NCBI GenBank assembly: GCA_965200095.1
Contig: OZ241350.1
Coordinates: 3,100,159-3,164,158 of the forward strand
Direction: 5' to 3'
Origin: Alphaproteobacteria bacterium
Lineage (GTDB): Bacteria; Pseudomonadota; Alphaproteobacteria; UBA7887
DNA: 64,000 nucleotides
The notes under the pieces were generated by a model. That model was not told the origin of the DNA and ran no database searches. It saw only the letters and a program-made list of their open reading frames with translations. Positions within the stretch are counted from its first letter, which is position 1; every line of letters starts with the position of its first letter. A program made the position numbers and the translations under genes. Positions 1 to 9,502 of the stretch are shown in pieces.

Positions 1-2244
1 GCGCAGATGCTGCCCAACGGCATGCTCGCCGGCAAGGCGCGGGCCGCCGCGATGGCGCAGCCCAACCTGTTCTGCGCCATCGATTCCGACGGCACGGTGA
101 CCATCACCTGCAGCCGCAGCGAAATGGGCCAGGGCGTGCGGACGGGCATTCCCATGATGCTCGCCGACGAGCTCGAGGCCGACTGGAACCGCGTGAAAAT
201 CTGGCAGGCGCCGGGCGACGCCGAGAAATACGACCCCGCCGGCCAGGACGCGCAAAACACCGACGGCTCGCGCAGCACGCGCCACCATCTGGACGTCATG
301 CGCGAACTCGGCGCCCAGGCCCGCGACGTGCTCGAACGCGCCGCCGCCGAAATGTGGGGCGTCGACGCGAGCGAGGTCTATGCCCGCGACCATCGCCTCT
401 ACCACACCGGTTCGGGCGAATCCTTCGACTTCGGCGAGGTCGTGGAGACCGCCGCCGGCGTCGAGACCATGGAGTCGGTCCCGCTCAAGGACCCGTCGCA
501 GTGGCGCTACATCGGCAAGGACATGCCGGTGGTCGACAATTTCGACATGAGCACCGGCGGCGGCATCTACGGCGCCGACGTGTCCATCCCCGGCATGAAG
601 ATCGCCGTGGTCGCCCGCTGTCCGGTCTATCGCGGGCGGGTCAAGTCGTTCAACGCCGACGCCGCTCTCGCGGTGCAGGGCGTCGAACAGGTGGTGGAAA
701 TCCCGCCGCTTCCCATGGATACCCCGGCGGAGTTCCGCGCCCTCGGCGGCGTCGCGGTGATCGGGACCAACACCTGGTCGGTTCTCGAAGGCCGCAGGCT
801 GCTCGAGATCGACTGGGACATGGGGCCGAACGTCGCCCACTCCTCGAGCACCTACAACGACATGCTCCGCGAAGCGGCGCGCAAGGGCGCGACCGAAGAC
901 AGCGGCGTGGTGGTGCGCGACCGGGGCGATTTCGACTCCGCCTTCGCCGCGGCCGACCGCACCTTCGAGGCCGAGTATTTCGTGCCGTATTTCATCCACA
1001 CCACCATGGAGCCGATGTGCGCGCTGGTCGACGCCACCGTGGACCCGGTCCAGGTGTGGGGTTCGGTGCAGTCGCCGAACGATGTGCGGAAATACGTCGC
1101 GGACGCCCTCGACATGAAGGACGCCGACGGCAACCCCGACGCCTCCAGGGTGGAGTGTAACGTCACCCTCCTCGGCGGCGGCTTCGGGCGCAAGTCGCAG
1201 AGCGATTTCGCCTGCGAGGCGGCGATCCTGTCCAGGATGATCGGCGCTCCGGTCCGCATGCAGTGGACCCGCGAGGACGACATCCAGATCGGCTACTACC
1301 ACACCGCGAGCGCGCATTCGCTCAAGGCCGGGGTGGACGCCGACGGCAAGGTCACGGCCTGGAAGCACTCCGGCGCATGGCCGTCGATTCTCGCGCTCTG
1401 GGTCCCCGATCAGAAGGTTGGCTTCGGCATCGAATACGGCCTCGGCCTCGTCGATACGCCGTACAACGAAGTGCCGAACATCCGCATCGAGAACGGCGAG
1501 GCGGACCCGATGATCCGCATCGGCTGGTACCGGTCGGTCAACAACATCCAGCATTCGTTCGCGATGAACGGCTTCGCGCATGAAATCGCGACCGAACTGG
1601 GTCAGGACCCGGTGGAATTCCTCGCCCGCATGATCGGCGAGTCCGACAATATGGACCTCGCCGCCGACGGCGTGGAGGACTACTGGAACTACGGCGACCC
1701 GGTGGAGAAGTGGCCGATCATGCCGAACCGCCTGACCAATGCGCTGCGCATCGCCGCGGCGAAGGCGGGCTACGGCAAGCCGCTGCCCCCGGGGCACGGC
1801 ATCGGCGTCGCGGCGCACCGGTCGTTCCACGCCTATGTCGCGACCGCCGTCCACGTCGCCGTGCGCGACGACGGCACGCTGCATGTGGTCCAGGTCGACA
1901 CGGCCTATGACGCCGGGCGCTACGTGAACCCGGAGGGCATCAGGAAGCAGGTCGAGGGCGCGGCCATCTACGGCCACACCATCGCCCTGCACGGCCAGAT
2001 CACGACCACCGACGGCGCGGTCGATCAGAGCAACTTCCACGACTACCCGATCACCCGTATCGGCGATGCGCCGCTGAACGTGCGGGTGCACCTGGTGGAA
2101 GACTTCGTGGACCGTCCGCCGAACGGCGTCGGCGAACCGGGCGTTCCGCCCTATGCGCCGGCTCTGGCCAACGCCATCTTCGCGGCCACCGGCAAGCGGA
2201 TTCGCAACCTGCCGATCCGCCCCGAAGACGTCGCGGGCGCGTAG
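1..2244 (+). CDS. Xanthine dehydrogenase-family molybdopterin-binding subunit (isoquinoline 1-oxidoreductase beta/IorB-like); N-terminus probably begins upstream of the window
   Basis: Motifs RSEMGQG, LGGGFGRK, QWTREDD, WYRSV, QSNFHDY and GVGEPGVPP..PALANAIFAATGKRIR; frame open from the window edge. Confidence 0.9.
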   Translation, partial: AQMLPNGMLAGKARAAAMAQPNLFCAIDSDGTVTITCSRSEMGQGVRTGIPMMLADELEADWNRVKIWQAPGDAEKYDPAGQDAQNTDGSRSTRHHLDVMRELGAQARDVLERAAAEMWGVDASEVYARDHRLYHTGSGESFDFGEVVETAAGVETMESVPLKDPSQWRYIGKDMPVVDNFDMSTGGGIYGADVSIPGMKIAVVARCPVYRGRVKSFNADAALAVQGVEQVVEIPPLPMDTPAEFRALGGVAVIGTNTWSVLEGRRLLEIDWDMGPNVAHSSSTYNDMLREAARKGATEDSGVVVRDRGDFDSAFAAADRTFEAEYFVPYFIHTTMEPMCALVDATVDPVQVWGSVQSPNDVRKYVADALDMKDADGNPDASRVECNVTLLGGGFGRKSQSDFACEAAILSRMIGAPVRMQWTREDDIQIGYYHTASAHSLKAGVDADGKVTAWKHSGAWPSILALWVPDQKVGFGIEYGLGLVDTPYNEVPNIRIENGEADPMIRIGWYRSVNNIQHSFAMNGFAHEIATELGQDPVEFLARMIGESDNMDLAADGVEDYWNYGDPVEKWPIMPNRLTNALRIAAAKAGYGKPLPPGHGIGVAAHRSFHAYVATAVHVAVRDDGTLHVVQVDTAYDAGRYVNPEGIRKQVEGAAIYGHTIALHGQITTTDGAVDQSNFHDYPITRIGDAPLNVRVHLVEDFVDRPPNGVGEPGVPPYAPALANAIFAATGKRIRNLPIRPEDVAGA

Positions 2245-2266
2245 CGCCGCGAGCGTCCGAAACCTG

Positions 2267-2298
2267 CGCGGCTGCCTTCGGGCAGCCGCGTTTTTCTT
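2267..2298 (+). terminator. Rho-independent terminator
   Basis: Perfect 10-bp stem CGCGGCTGCC-TTCG-GGCAGCCGCG followed by TTTTTCTT. Confidence 0.85.
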
Positions 2299-2316
2299 GT
2301 CCGCAGGGCGAAGCGC

Positions 2317-2730
2317 ATGACCGATATCCTCGACAAGCACGCGAAAGTTTCCCGAAGCGACGCGGAGTGGCGGCGCCTCCTCACCCCCGAACAGTTCAGG
2401 GTCGCGCGCCGCGGCGGCACCGAACGCGCCTTCACCGGCGCCTGGTGGGACAGCAAGACGCCGGGAACCTATGACTGCGTCTGCTGCGGCGCGGCGCTGT
2501 TCTCCTCGACCGACAAATTCGACTCGGGGACCGGCTGGCCGAGTTTCGTTCGCCCGCTCGACGGCGCCGCGGTGGCGACGGCGCGCGACGAATCCTGGGG
2601 CATGATCCGCACCGAGGTCCTGTGCGCGCGCTGCGACGCGCATCTCGGCCACGTCTTCGACGACGGGCCGGCGCCGACGGGCTTGCGCTATTGCCTCAAC
2701 TCGGCGTCGCTCAAACACCGGCGCGCGTGA
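2317..2730 (+). CDS. msrB: Peptide-methionine (R)-S-oxide reductase
   Basis: [44 protein letters not shown]. Confidence 0.95.
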   Translation: MTDILDKHAKVSRSDAEWRRLLTPEQFRVARRGGTERAFTGAWWDSKTPGTYDCVCCGAALFSSTDKFDSGTGWPSFVRPLDGAAVATARDESWGMIRTEVLCARCDAHLGHVFDDGPAPTGLRYCLNSASLKHRRA

Positions 2731-3893
2731 GCGTTCCCCTCACGGAGGAACGGCAGCGTATCGTCGAGGCGGTTTCGCGCGTCTGTAGCCGCTTCGACGC
2801 CGCCTGGTGGCGCGAACGCGAACGCACTCATTCGTTCCCGCACGAATTTCACGCCGCTGTCGCCGAGGCCGGCTGGCTCGGCATCGCCATGCCGCCGGAA
2901 GTCGGCGGCGCGGGCCTGGGAGTTACCGAAGCGGCGCTCATGATGCGCGCCATCGCCGAGTCGGGCGCGGCGATGAGCGGCTGTTCGGCCGTCCACATGA
3001 ACATTTTCGGCCCTCTCCCCATCGTCGCCTTCGGCACGGAGGAGCAACGGCGGCGGTTTCTGCCGCCGCTGATCGAGGGCCGCGAGAAAGCCTGCTTCGC
3101 GGTGACCGAGCCCGACGCCGGCCTCGACACGACTCGGGTGAAGACCCGCGCGAGGCCGCAGGGGAACGGTTACGTCATCGACGGGCGCAAGGTCTGGACA
3201 TCGACCGCGCAGGTCGCCGACAAGATGCTGATTCTCGCGCGCACGACGCCCATAGAGGACTGTGCAAAGCCCGCGGACGGTCTGAGTCTGTTCTATACCG
3301 ACCTCGACCGCGGCGCGGTGACGGCGCGCGAGATCGTCAAGATGGGTCGCCATGCGGTCGACTCGAACGAACTGTTCATCGACGGTCTCCGGGTTCCGGC
3401 GGAAGACCGGATCGGCGAGGAGGGCAAGGGCTTCCGCTATCTGCTGCACGGCCTCAACCCCGAGCGCATTCTTGTCGGGGCGGAGGGCGTCGGCATCGGC
3501 CGCGCGGCGCTCGGGCGCGCGGCGCGCTATGCCCGCGAGCGCGTCGTTTTCGGGCGCCCGATCAGCGCGAACCAGGCGGTCCAGCACCCGCTCGCCGAGA
3601 GCTGGGCCGAGCTCGAGGCGGCGGAGCTCATGGTTTTCGAGGCGGCGCGGCGCTACGACGCGGGCGAGCCTTGCGGCGTGGAGGCGAACGCCGCGAAGCT
3701 TCTGGGCGGGCGCGCCGGCTACCGCGCCTGCGAACGCGCAGTCTTCGCCCATGGCGGTTTCGGCTACGCGGCGGAGTTCGACGTGGAGCGTTTCATGCGC
3801 GAAATATGGATCGCCCGTCTCGCCCCGGTTTCCGAGCAGCTAATCCTGAGCTACATCGCCGAACGCGCTCTGGGGCTCCCGAGATCCTACTGA
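2727..3893 (+). CDS. Acyl-CoA dehydrogenase
   Basis: GTG start overlaps msrB stop (GTGA); [31 protein letters not shown]. Confidence 0.9.
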   Translation: MSVPLTEERQRIVEAVSRVCSRFDAAWWRERERTHSFPHEFHAAVAEAGWLGIAMPPEVGGAGLGVTEAALMMRAIAESGAAMSGCSAVHMNIFGPLPIVAFGTEEQRRRFLPPLIEGREKACFAVTEPDAGLDTTRVKTRARPQGNGYVIDGRKVWTSTAQVADKMLILARTTPIEDCAKPADGLSLFYTDLDRGAVTAREIVKMGRHAVDSNELFIDGLRVPAEDRIGEEGKGFRYLLHGLNPERILVGAEGVGIGRAALGRAARYARERVVFGRPISANQAVQHPLAESWAELEAAELMVFEAARRYDAGEPCGVEANAAKLLGGRAGYRACERAVFAHGGFGYAAEFDVERFMREIWIARLAPVSEQLILSYIAERALGLPRSY

Positions 3894-3931
3894 AGGCGCG
3901 TCCTTTCTCGCTACCCCGCGGAGAGTCTTCA

Positions 3932-5023
3932 ATGCCTCGTGCGAAGCCGAACTCGGTGTTGTTCCTGACGGTCTGTTCGCTCACCAAGGCGAGTGGCGGC
4001 GCGCCCGCATACGATGAAGGGTTGGCGATAACCTCCCTGCTGCCGTCGAAATTGAAGGCCCGGCTGCTGGAACGTCGCGAAGAGGCAAGGCGCCTCGTGC
4101 GGGGCGAAAGAGACTTGGACTGGCAAGGAATTCCCTTGTCCGAACTGGAATTCAACCGCGATCTGGCCGAGGGCGCTGACTTCGGGGGACGCCGCCGCGC
4201 GGCATATCTGCCGGCCGTGTATCGTTACGACGGACGCTTCTTTCAGACATTGGGGAATGAAGGCAGACGAAAGATCGCGGAAGGAGAGTATCCCACGCTG
4301 ATCCTCTCCGGCTTATACGGGTTATTGCTCCCCACCGAGCCGATTCAACTCTACAGCTGTCCTCTCAGCGATCAAATTTCAGAACTGTGGCGTTCGGATT
4401 CCCTGCTCACGGAAGTCTTGTGTGAATACATAAGAAGGCGCGATATCGCCCGGATATTCGATTTGACCGCCATCGAAGGCTATTCGCAACTCATCGACTG
4501 GGCGCGGATTACGGTCACGCAAACGGAAGTACTGCGTTGCGCCGACAGCATGGCGGCAGGGGATTACGCTTTGACGTCCTTCGGACGCCTCCTGAGAACG
4601 ACAATGCTCGAAATGTCCGAGGACGAGCTGATCGATATTCAACCGGAGACCAGAATAGAAACCGTCAATTTTGCGCCGTTCGAATATCCCGCATCTCCGG
4701 CGCATGGTAGAGAACCCGTTCCCCCGGGCGGATCGACCGCCGTCGAGGGAGTCGAAAAGCGCGGTTGGCGTGTAAGAATTACGTCGAATTTCTTGAAGTA
4801 TATGAAGCAACACCCCGAAACATTCGATCCGACGAGCCGGGCGGTCGAGGAAATACGGCAAGACCCGCTATCTCTGCGCGGCGATACAATCAAGCCTCTT
4901 TCGCACGATCTGAAGGGAAAGTGGCGGTATCGGATTGGCGATTTCCGTATCGTATACGAAGCGGACCTCGAGCGGAAGATCGTGCGTCTGTTGGACGGCG
5001 GCCCCAGAAGCGGTATCTACTGA
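3932..5023 (+). CDS. YaaA/DUF328-like N-terminal domain fused to a C-terminal RelE/ParE-family toxin domain (363 aa)
   Basis: ATG at 3932 after GGAGAG; YaaA-like motifs PAVYRYDGRFF and ILSGLYGLL.P.EPIQLY; C-terminal IKPL..DLKGKWRYRIGDFRIVY...GPRSGIY typical of RelE; lower GC than neighbours. Confidence 0.75.
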   Translation: MPRAKPNSVLFLTVCSLTKASGGAPAYDEGLAITSLLPSKLKARLLERREEARRLVRGERDLDWQGIPLSELEFNRDLAEGADFGGRRRAAYLPAVYRYDGRFFQTLGNEGRRKIAEGEYPTLILSGLYGLLLPTEPIQLYSCPLSDQISELWRSDSLLTEVLCEYIRRRDIARIFDLTAIEGYSQLIDWARITVTQTEVLRCADSMAAGDYALTSFGRLLRTTMLEMSEDELIDIQPETRIETVNFAPFEYPASPAHGREPVPPGGSTAVEGVEKRGWRVRITSNFLKYMKQHPETFDPTSRAVEEIRQDPLSLRGDTIKPLSHDLKGKWRYRIGDFRIVYEADLERKIVRLLDGGPRSGIY

Positions 5024-5140
5024 AGTCCCTGTCGACACAGAGTATCCGGTTTTCTTGACGTTCTCGTAGCGGATGCGGAGATACACTTTCGCTACGGCGC
5101 TCGGGCCGCAGGCGGACGTGCAAAACTGGACCACTCCCGT

Positions 5141-5962
5141 TCAACGCCGGGCGTTCCAGGGCGGGTCGAATTCGCGGATCAGCGCAGATTCCAGGCGCTG
5201 GGGTTCGTCGGTTTCCCGGATCCACAGGTCGATTGTCCGGTTTTCGCGCGTCGCCAGCAGGATCGCGTTGTTGATCTTGCAATTCGTCGATTGTCCGCCG
5301 CTGTAGCAGTTTGCCGGCTGTATGCGAGTGTAGCCTTGCCACCGTCGGCGCAGATCTTTTTTGGCCATACCCACATAGGCCACGATCCGCCGGTCGACGA
5401 CGACCGCGTACACGCCGGGGGCAGTGGGCAATTCGGGCTCCGGGAACCGACAGAACGGCCCATGGCCGTTCGGATTGAGGGGTTTCCGCCCAGCCTTCTT
5501 GTAGCGCTTTTGCGGCATAAACTCCTTCGGCCTGCCGCCAGCCCACGCTTCCGGCTCGATGCTGTCGAACCGGCGGAATCCCCACCCGGCCAACCCCGGC
5601 GCCGTCGCGTCAACTCCTGTCGGCGGCTCTTCGACCGGGCGCCTGGCGCTACGGTCGGGGCGGGCGGCGGCCGGGCGGAATCGATGACGGCGATCGCCGG
5701 CGGCCGACGCAAGCGGAGCGCCGCGGCGGCGGAACACGACCGTCCCTTGCCGAACATTCACGTCGCTTGTGCGCCAGCCGGCGTTCATCCACGCGGAGGC
5801 CTGGCTATGGCTCTCGTCGTTCGACCACCAGACGGGATACTTTCTCGCGGAAGGCGGCAACACGCTTCCGAGAACGGCTTCGACATCGCGAAATGTCGCC
5901 GGCCACAGGGGCGATTGCAGCGCCCCGAGATGCCGTCCAAGTCTCTCATATTTGCCTGCCAT
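5141..5962 (-). CDS. DUF7662-like N-terminal domain plus GIY-YIG nuclease domain
   Basis: N-term KY..L..HL...TF.DVE.VLG..LP.SA....WWSN...HSQA.AW..AGW; C-term PGVY..V....AYVG.A..L.RR...Y...TN.KIN...LE..LI....PPWN. Confidence 0.75.
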   Translation of the reverse strand: MAGKYERLGRHLGALQSPLWPATFRDVEAVLGSVLPPSARKYPVWWSNDESHSQASAWMNAGWRTSDVNVRQGTVVFRRRGAPLASAAGDRRHRFRPAAARPDRSARRPVEEPPTGVDATAPGLAGWGFRRFDSIEPEAWAGGRPKEFMPQKRYKKAGRKPLNPNGHGPFCRFPEPELPTAPGVYAVVVDRRIVAYVGMAKKDLRRRWQGYTRIQPANCYSGGQSTNCKINNAILLATRENRTIDLWIRETDEPQRLESALIREFDPPWNARR

Positions 5963-6005
5963 CGCATACTCCTGCGGGATGCGCCGCTCCGCACCTGCCG
6001 ACCGC

Positions 6006-6034
6006 TTGAAACGCCGGCCGCGCCGCGTTAGGTT
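6006..6034 (+). promoter_or_regulatory. Putative sigma70 promoter for the DUF1244/acyl-CoA operon
   Basis: TTGAAA-17 nt-TAGGTT, ~115 nt before ATG 6151. Confidence 0.5.
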
Positions 6035-6057
6035 GCGTCCGCCTCGGGGGAACCCTT

Positions 6058-6121
6058 CCGATCCGGGATAACGGGTTGATGCGGAACATTATCTCACGGT
6101 CGGCACCTCCGATGGACCCGA
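6058..6121 (+). ncRNA. Candidate structured cis-regulatory 5' UTR RNA (possibly sul1-motif-like)
   Basis: Stem CCGA-t-CCG-GGATAA / TTATCT-ca-CGG-TCGG; loop CGGGTT (6072-6077) complementary to GACCCG (6115-6120), a possible pseudoknot. Confidence 0.35.
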
Positions 6122-6150
6122 CGGCGGCCCGCGACCCTCAGGAGACAGCG

Positions 6151-6435
6151 ATGGACCCGAACACGAAAACCGAGATCGAAGCGGCGGCGTTCCGGACGCT
6201 TGTGGGGCATTTCCGGGAGCGGACCGATGTGCAGAACATCGACGTCATGGAACTGGCGGGCTTCTGTCGCAACTGCCTGTCGAAATGGTACCGCGCCGAA
6301 GCCGAAGCGCGCGGCGAAACCCTGAGCTACGAGGACGCGCGGGAAATCGTCTACGGCATGCCCTATGCCGAATGGAAGGCGAAATACCAGACCGCCCGCC
6401 CGAAAGACGGCGCCGGCGACTCGGCGGGGGCGTGA
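6151..6435 (+). CDS. DUF1244 family protein
   Basis: EIEAAAFR.L..H...RTDVQNID.M.LAGFCRNCLSKWY...AREIVYGMPY.EWK; GGAG RBS. Confidence 0.9.
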   Translation: MDPNTKTEIEAAAFRTLVGHFRERTDVQNIDVMELAGFCRNCLSKWYRAEAEARGETLSYEDAREIVYGMPYAEWKAKYQTARPKDGAGDSAGA

Positions 6436-6441
6436 ACGGCG

Positions 6442-7263
6442 GTGGCGGCGTTCGGACAATATCGCGACCTCGGGGTCGTCCTGGAGGACCATGTGGCGCT
6501 GGTGGAGATCCGGCGCCCGCCGCATAACTTCTTCGACCACGCGCTGATCGGCGCCCTCGCCGACGCCTTCGAGGCGCTCGACCGCGAGGGCGACTGCCGC
6601 GCCATCGTGCTCGCGTCGCAAGGCAAGTCGTTCTGCGCCGGGGCGGATTTCGCGTCGGGCGGCGATTTCAGCGAACGCCAAGCCGCCCCGGCGGACGGCC
6701 GCGGCGGCGCCGAACCGCTCCGCGCCGACTCCCTCTATCGCGAGGCGGTGCGCCTGTTCCGCACAGGCGCGCCGATAGTCGCGGCGGTGCAGGGCGCGGC
6801 GGTCGGGGGCGGGCTGGGGCTGGCGATGGTCGCCGACCTCCGCGTGACCTGCCCGGAGGCGCGCTTTTGCGCCAATTTCACCCGGCTCGGTTTCCACCCC
6901 GGCTTCGGGTTGACGGAAACCCTCCCCGCCGTAATCGGGCCGGGCAAGGCGGGGCTGATGTTCTATACGAGCCGCCGCGTCAAGGGCGATGAGGCGTTCC
7001 GCTACGGCCTCGCCGATGTGCTGGCGGCGGATCGGGAGAGCGTTCGCCCCGAAGCCATGAAACTGGCGGCGGAGATCGCCGAAAACGCGCCGCTGGGGCT
7101 GACGGCGACGCGCGCGACGATGCGCGCCGGCCTCGCCGACCGGGTCGCTGCGGCGACCGACCGGGAGCTCGCGGAACAGACCCGCTTGCGGGCGACGGCG
7201 GATTTCGCCGAAGGGGTAAAGGCGATGGCGGAGCGGCGAAGACCGGACTTCGCGGGGCGCTGA
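6442..7263 (+). CDS. Enoyl-CoA hydratase/isomerase family protein
   Basis: FCAGADF, AAVQGAAVGGGLGLA..AD.R, LGFHPGFG, DFAEGV.A..ERR.P.F. Confidence 0.92.
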   Translation: MAAFGQYRDLGVVLEDHVALVEIRRPPHNFFDHALIGALADAFEALDREGDCRAIVLASQGKSFCAGADFASGGDFSERQAAPADGRGGAEPLRADSLYREAVRLFRTGAPIVAAVQGAAVGGGLGLAMVADLRVTCPEARFCANFTRLGFHPGFGLTETLPAVIGPGKAGLMFYTSRRVKGDEAFRYGLADVLAADRESVRPEAMKLAAEIAENAPLGLTATRATMRAGLADRVAAATDRELAEQTRLRATADFAEGVKAMAERRRPDFAGR

Positions 7264-7266
7264 GCG

Positions 7267-8346
7267 ATGGCCGCGCCGGAGGCGGTCGAACGAACGGTCG
7301 ACCCGGCGCTGGTCGAGGGCGTCGCGCGCATCCTGCGCGATCTGGCGGATCCGCGCGACGTTAACGCCGCTGCCGACGGCGCCTGGCGGGCGCCGTTGTG
7401 GCGGGCTCTCGAAACTTCGGGCGCGACCCGGCTGTGGTTGCCCGAGGCCGCCGGCGGCGCCGGCGCTTCGCTGGCGGAGGGGTTCGCGGTCCTGCGCCGG
7501 GCCGGCGCCTTCGCGCTTTCCGCGCCGCTGGCGGAAACGCTGATCGCCGCCCGCCTGCTCGCCCGCGCCGGGCTCCGCGTCCCCGAAGGACCGCTTGCGG
7601 TCGCGGAACTGCCGCCCGACGCGCTGGACGGCGGCGTGCTGAAGGGGAAGGCGACGGCGGTTCCCTTCGCGGCCGAAGCGCGGTGGCTGGCGGTGTCCGC
7701 CGGCGGACGGGTGGCGCTGGCGGCGCGCGAGGCGTGCGGTATCGGGGCGGGCGCGAACCTCGCCGGCGAGCCGCGCGGCGACGTAACGTTCGACGGGATA
7801 CGCCCCGCCGCGGTGGCGATGAGGGAAATCGACCGGCGGGAATTGCGGACGCTCGGCGCCGCCGCGCGGGCGGCGCAAATGACCGGCGCGCTGGAGGCGC
7901 TGCTCGACATGACGGTGAGCCACGCCCGCGAGCGGGTCGCTTTCGGACGACCGATCGCGAAATTTCAGGCCGTGCAGCACGAATTGGCGAAACTCGCGGG
8001 GGAAACCGCGGCGGCCATCGCAGCGTCGGGCGCCGCCGCGGCGGCGCTGGCGGAAACCGACGGCGGAGACCGCATGGACGACCGCGCCTGGATGGAAGTC
8101 GCGGCGGCGAAGGTCCGGGTCGGCGAGGCCGCCGGCGCCGGCGCCGCGATCGCCCATCAGATGCACGGCGCCATCGGTTTCACCGCCGAACATGTCTTGC
8201 AGCGCTATACGCGCCGGTTGTGGTCGTGGCGCGACGATTTCGGCGCCGAAAGCCGCTGGGCGGAGGAACTGGGGCGCATGGTCGCGGCGGCGGGCGCGGA
8301 CGCCCTGTGGCCGACCCTCACGCGGCCGGCGGGGAGCGCGGCATGA
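7267..8346 (+). CDS. Acyl-CoA dehydrogenase family protein (short, likely one subunit of a two-gene ACAD)
   Basis: RVAFGRPIAKFQAVQH, HQMHGAIGFT.EH. Confidence 0.88.
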   Translation: MAAPEAVERTVDPALVEGVARILRDLADPRDVNAAADGAWRAPLWRALETSGATRLWLPEAAGGAGASLAEGFAVLRRAGAFALSAPLAETLIAARLLARAGLRVPEGPLAVAELPPDALDGGVLKGKATAVPFAAEARWLAVSAGGRVALAAREACGIGAGANLAGEPRGDVTFDGIRPAAVAMREIDRRELRTLGAAARAAQMTGALEALLDMTVSHARERVAFGRPIAKFQAVQHELAKLAGETAAAIAASGAAAAALAETDGGDRMDDRAWMEVAAAKVRVGEAAGAGAAIAHQMHGAIGFTAEHVLQRYTRRLWSWRDDFGAESRWAEELGRMVAAAGADALWPTLTRPAGSAA

Positions 8347-9497
8347 GCATTCCGCTGCGTTTCGACCCGGCGCCCCTGCCGCCGGAGGCGGAGTCCCTGC
8401 GGCGCGACGTGCGCGCCTTTCTCGAGGCCGAGACGGCGGCCGGAACCATCGATCCGAACGGCGGGCGCGACGCTTTCGACCGCGGTTTCAGCCGCCGCGT
8501 CGGCGCGCGCGGCTGGATCGGCATGACATGGCCGAAACGTTACGGCGGCGGCGAGCGCAGTTTCCTCGAACGTTATGTGGTGAACGAGGAAATGCTGGCC
8601 GCCGGGGCGCCGACCCAGGCGCATTTCGTCGCCGACCGCCAGTCGGGGCCGGTCTTGCTGGCCTATGCGACGGAAGAGGTGAAACGCGATGTGCTGCCGC
8701 GCATCGTCCGCGGCGAATGCGCGTTCTGCATCGGCATGAGCGAGCCGGAGGCGGGCTCCGACCTGTTCGCCGCCCGCGCCCGCGCCGCGCGCGCGGCGAA
8801 CGGGTGGCGGCTGGACGGGCGCAAGGTCTGGACCAGCTACGCCCATCGCGCCGACTACATGATCGGCCTGTTCCGCACCGCGCCGGCGACGGCGGACGAC
8901 CGCCGCTACGGCCTCAGCCAGTTCCTCATCGACATGAAGACTCCTGGCGTCGAGGTCTCGCCGATCCCGTTCATGACCGGAGAGAGCGAGTTCAACGAAG
9001 TCGTGTTCGAGGACGCGCGACTGCCCGCGAACGCGCTGCTGGGCGAAGAGAACATGGCCTGGAAACAGGCGACGGGCGAGCTCGCCTTCGAACGCAGCGG
9101 GCCGGAGCGTTTTCTCGAAACCTTTCAGGTGCTGACGGGCCTGGTCCGGGCGCTGGGGCCGGCGCCCGACCGGCGCGGCGCCGAGGGGCTGGGGCGGCTC
9201 GCCGCGCAGCTCAATACCTTGCGCCGTATGTCGATCGCGGTCGCGGGGATGCTCGCCGCCGGCGAACGACCGGCGCTTGAAGCCTCGCTGGTCAAGGACC
9301 TCGGGAGCAATTGGGAGCAGGCGCTGCCGGCCGTGGCGCGCGATCTCGCCGCCTTCGTCGAACGCGACGCGGGGAACCGCCCCGATTTCGAAGGGATTCT
9401 CGCCCATGCGACGATGATCGCCCCGAAACTCACTATCCAGGGCGGGACCCGCGAGGTGCTGCGCGGCATCGTCGCGCGCGGCCTGGGGCTGCGCTGA
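8343..9497 (+). CDS. Acyl-CoA dehydrogenase
   Basis: ATGA overlap with upstream gene; IGMSEPEAGSDL, GRKVWTS, FNEVVF, TIQGGTREV. Confidence 0.92.
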   Translation: MSIPLRFDPAPLPPEAESLRRDVRAFLEAETAAGTIDPNGGRDAFDRGFSRRVGARGWIGMTWPKRYGGGERSFLERYVVNEEMLAAGAPTQAHFVADRQSGPVLLAYATEEVKRDVLPRIVRGECAFCIGMSEPEAGSDLFAARARAARAANGWRLDGRKVWTSYAHRADYMIGLFRTAPATADDRRYGLSQFLIDMKTPGVEVSPIPFMTGESEFNEVVFEDARLPANALLGEENMAWKQATGELAFERSGPERFLETFQVLTGLVRALGPAPDRRGAEGLGRLAAQLNTLRRMSIAVAGMLAAGERPALEASLVKDLGSNWEQALPAVARDLAAFVERDAGNRPDFEGILAHATMIAPKLTIQGGTREVLRGIVARGLGLR

Positions 9498-9502
9498 GCG
9501 AG

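Noticed and set aside
2807-3931. 738-aa version of the YaaA-RelE ORF
   Set aside because: Upstream part is an Arg-rich off-frame reading of the acyl-CoA dehydrogenase; RBS and ATG lie at 3932
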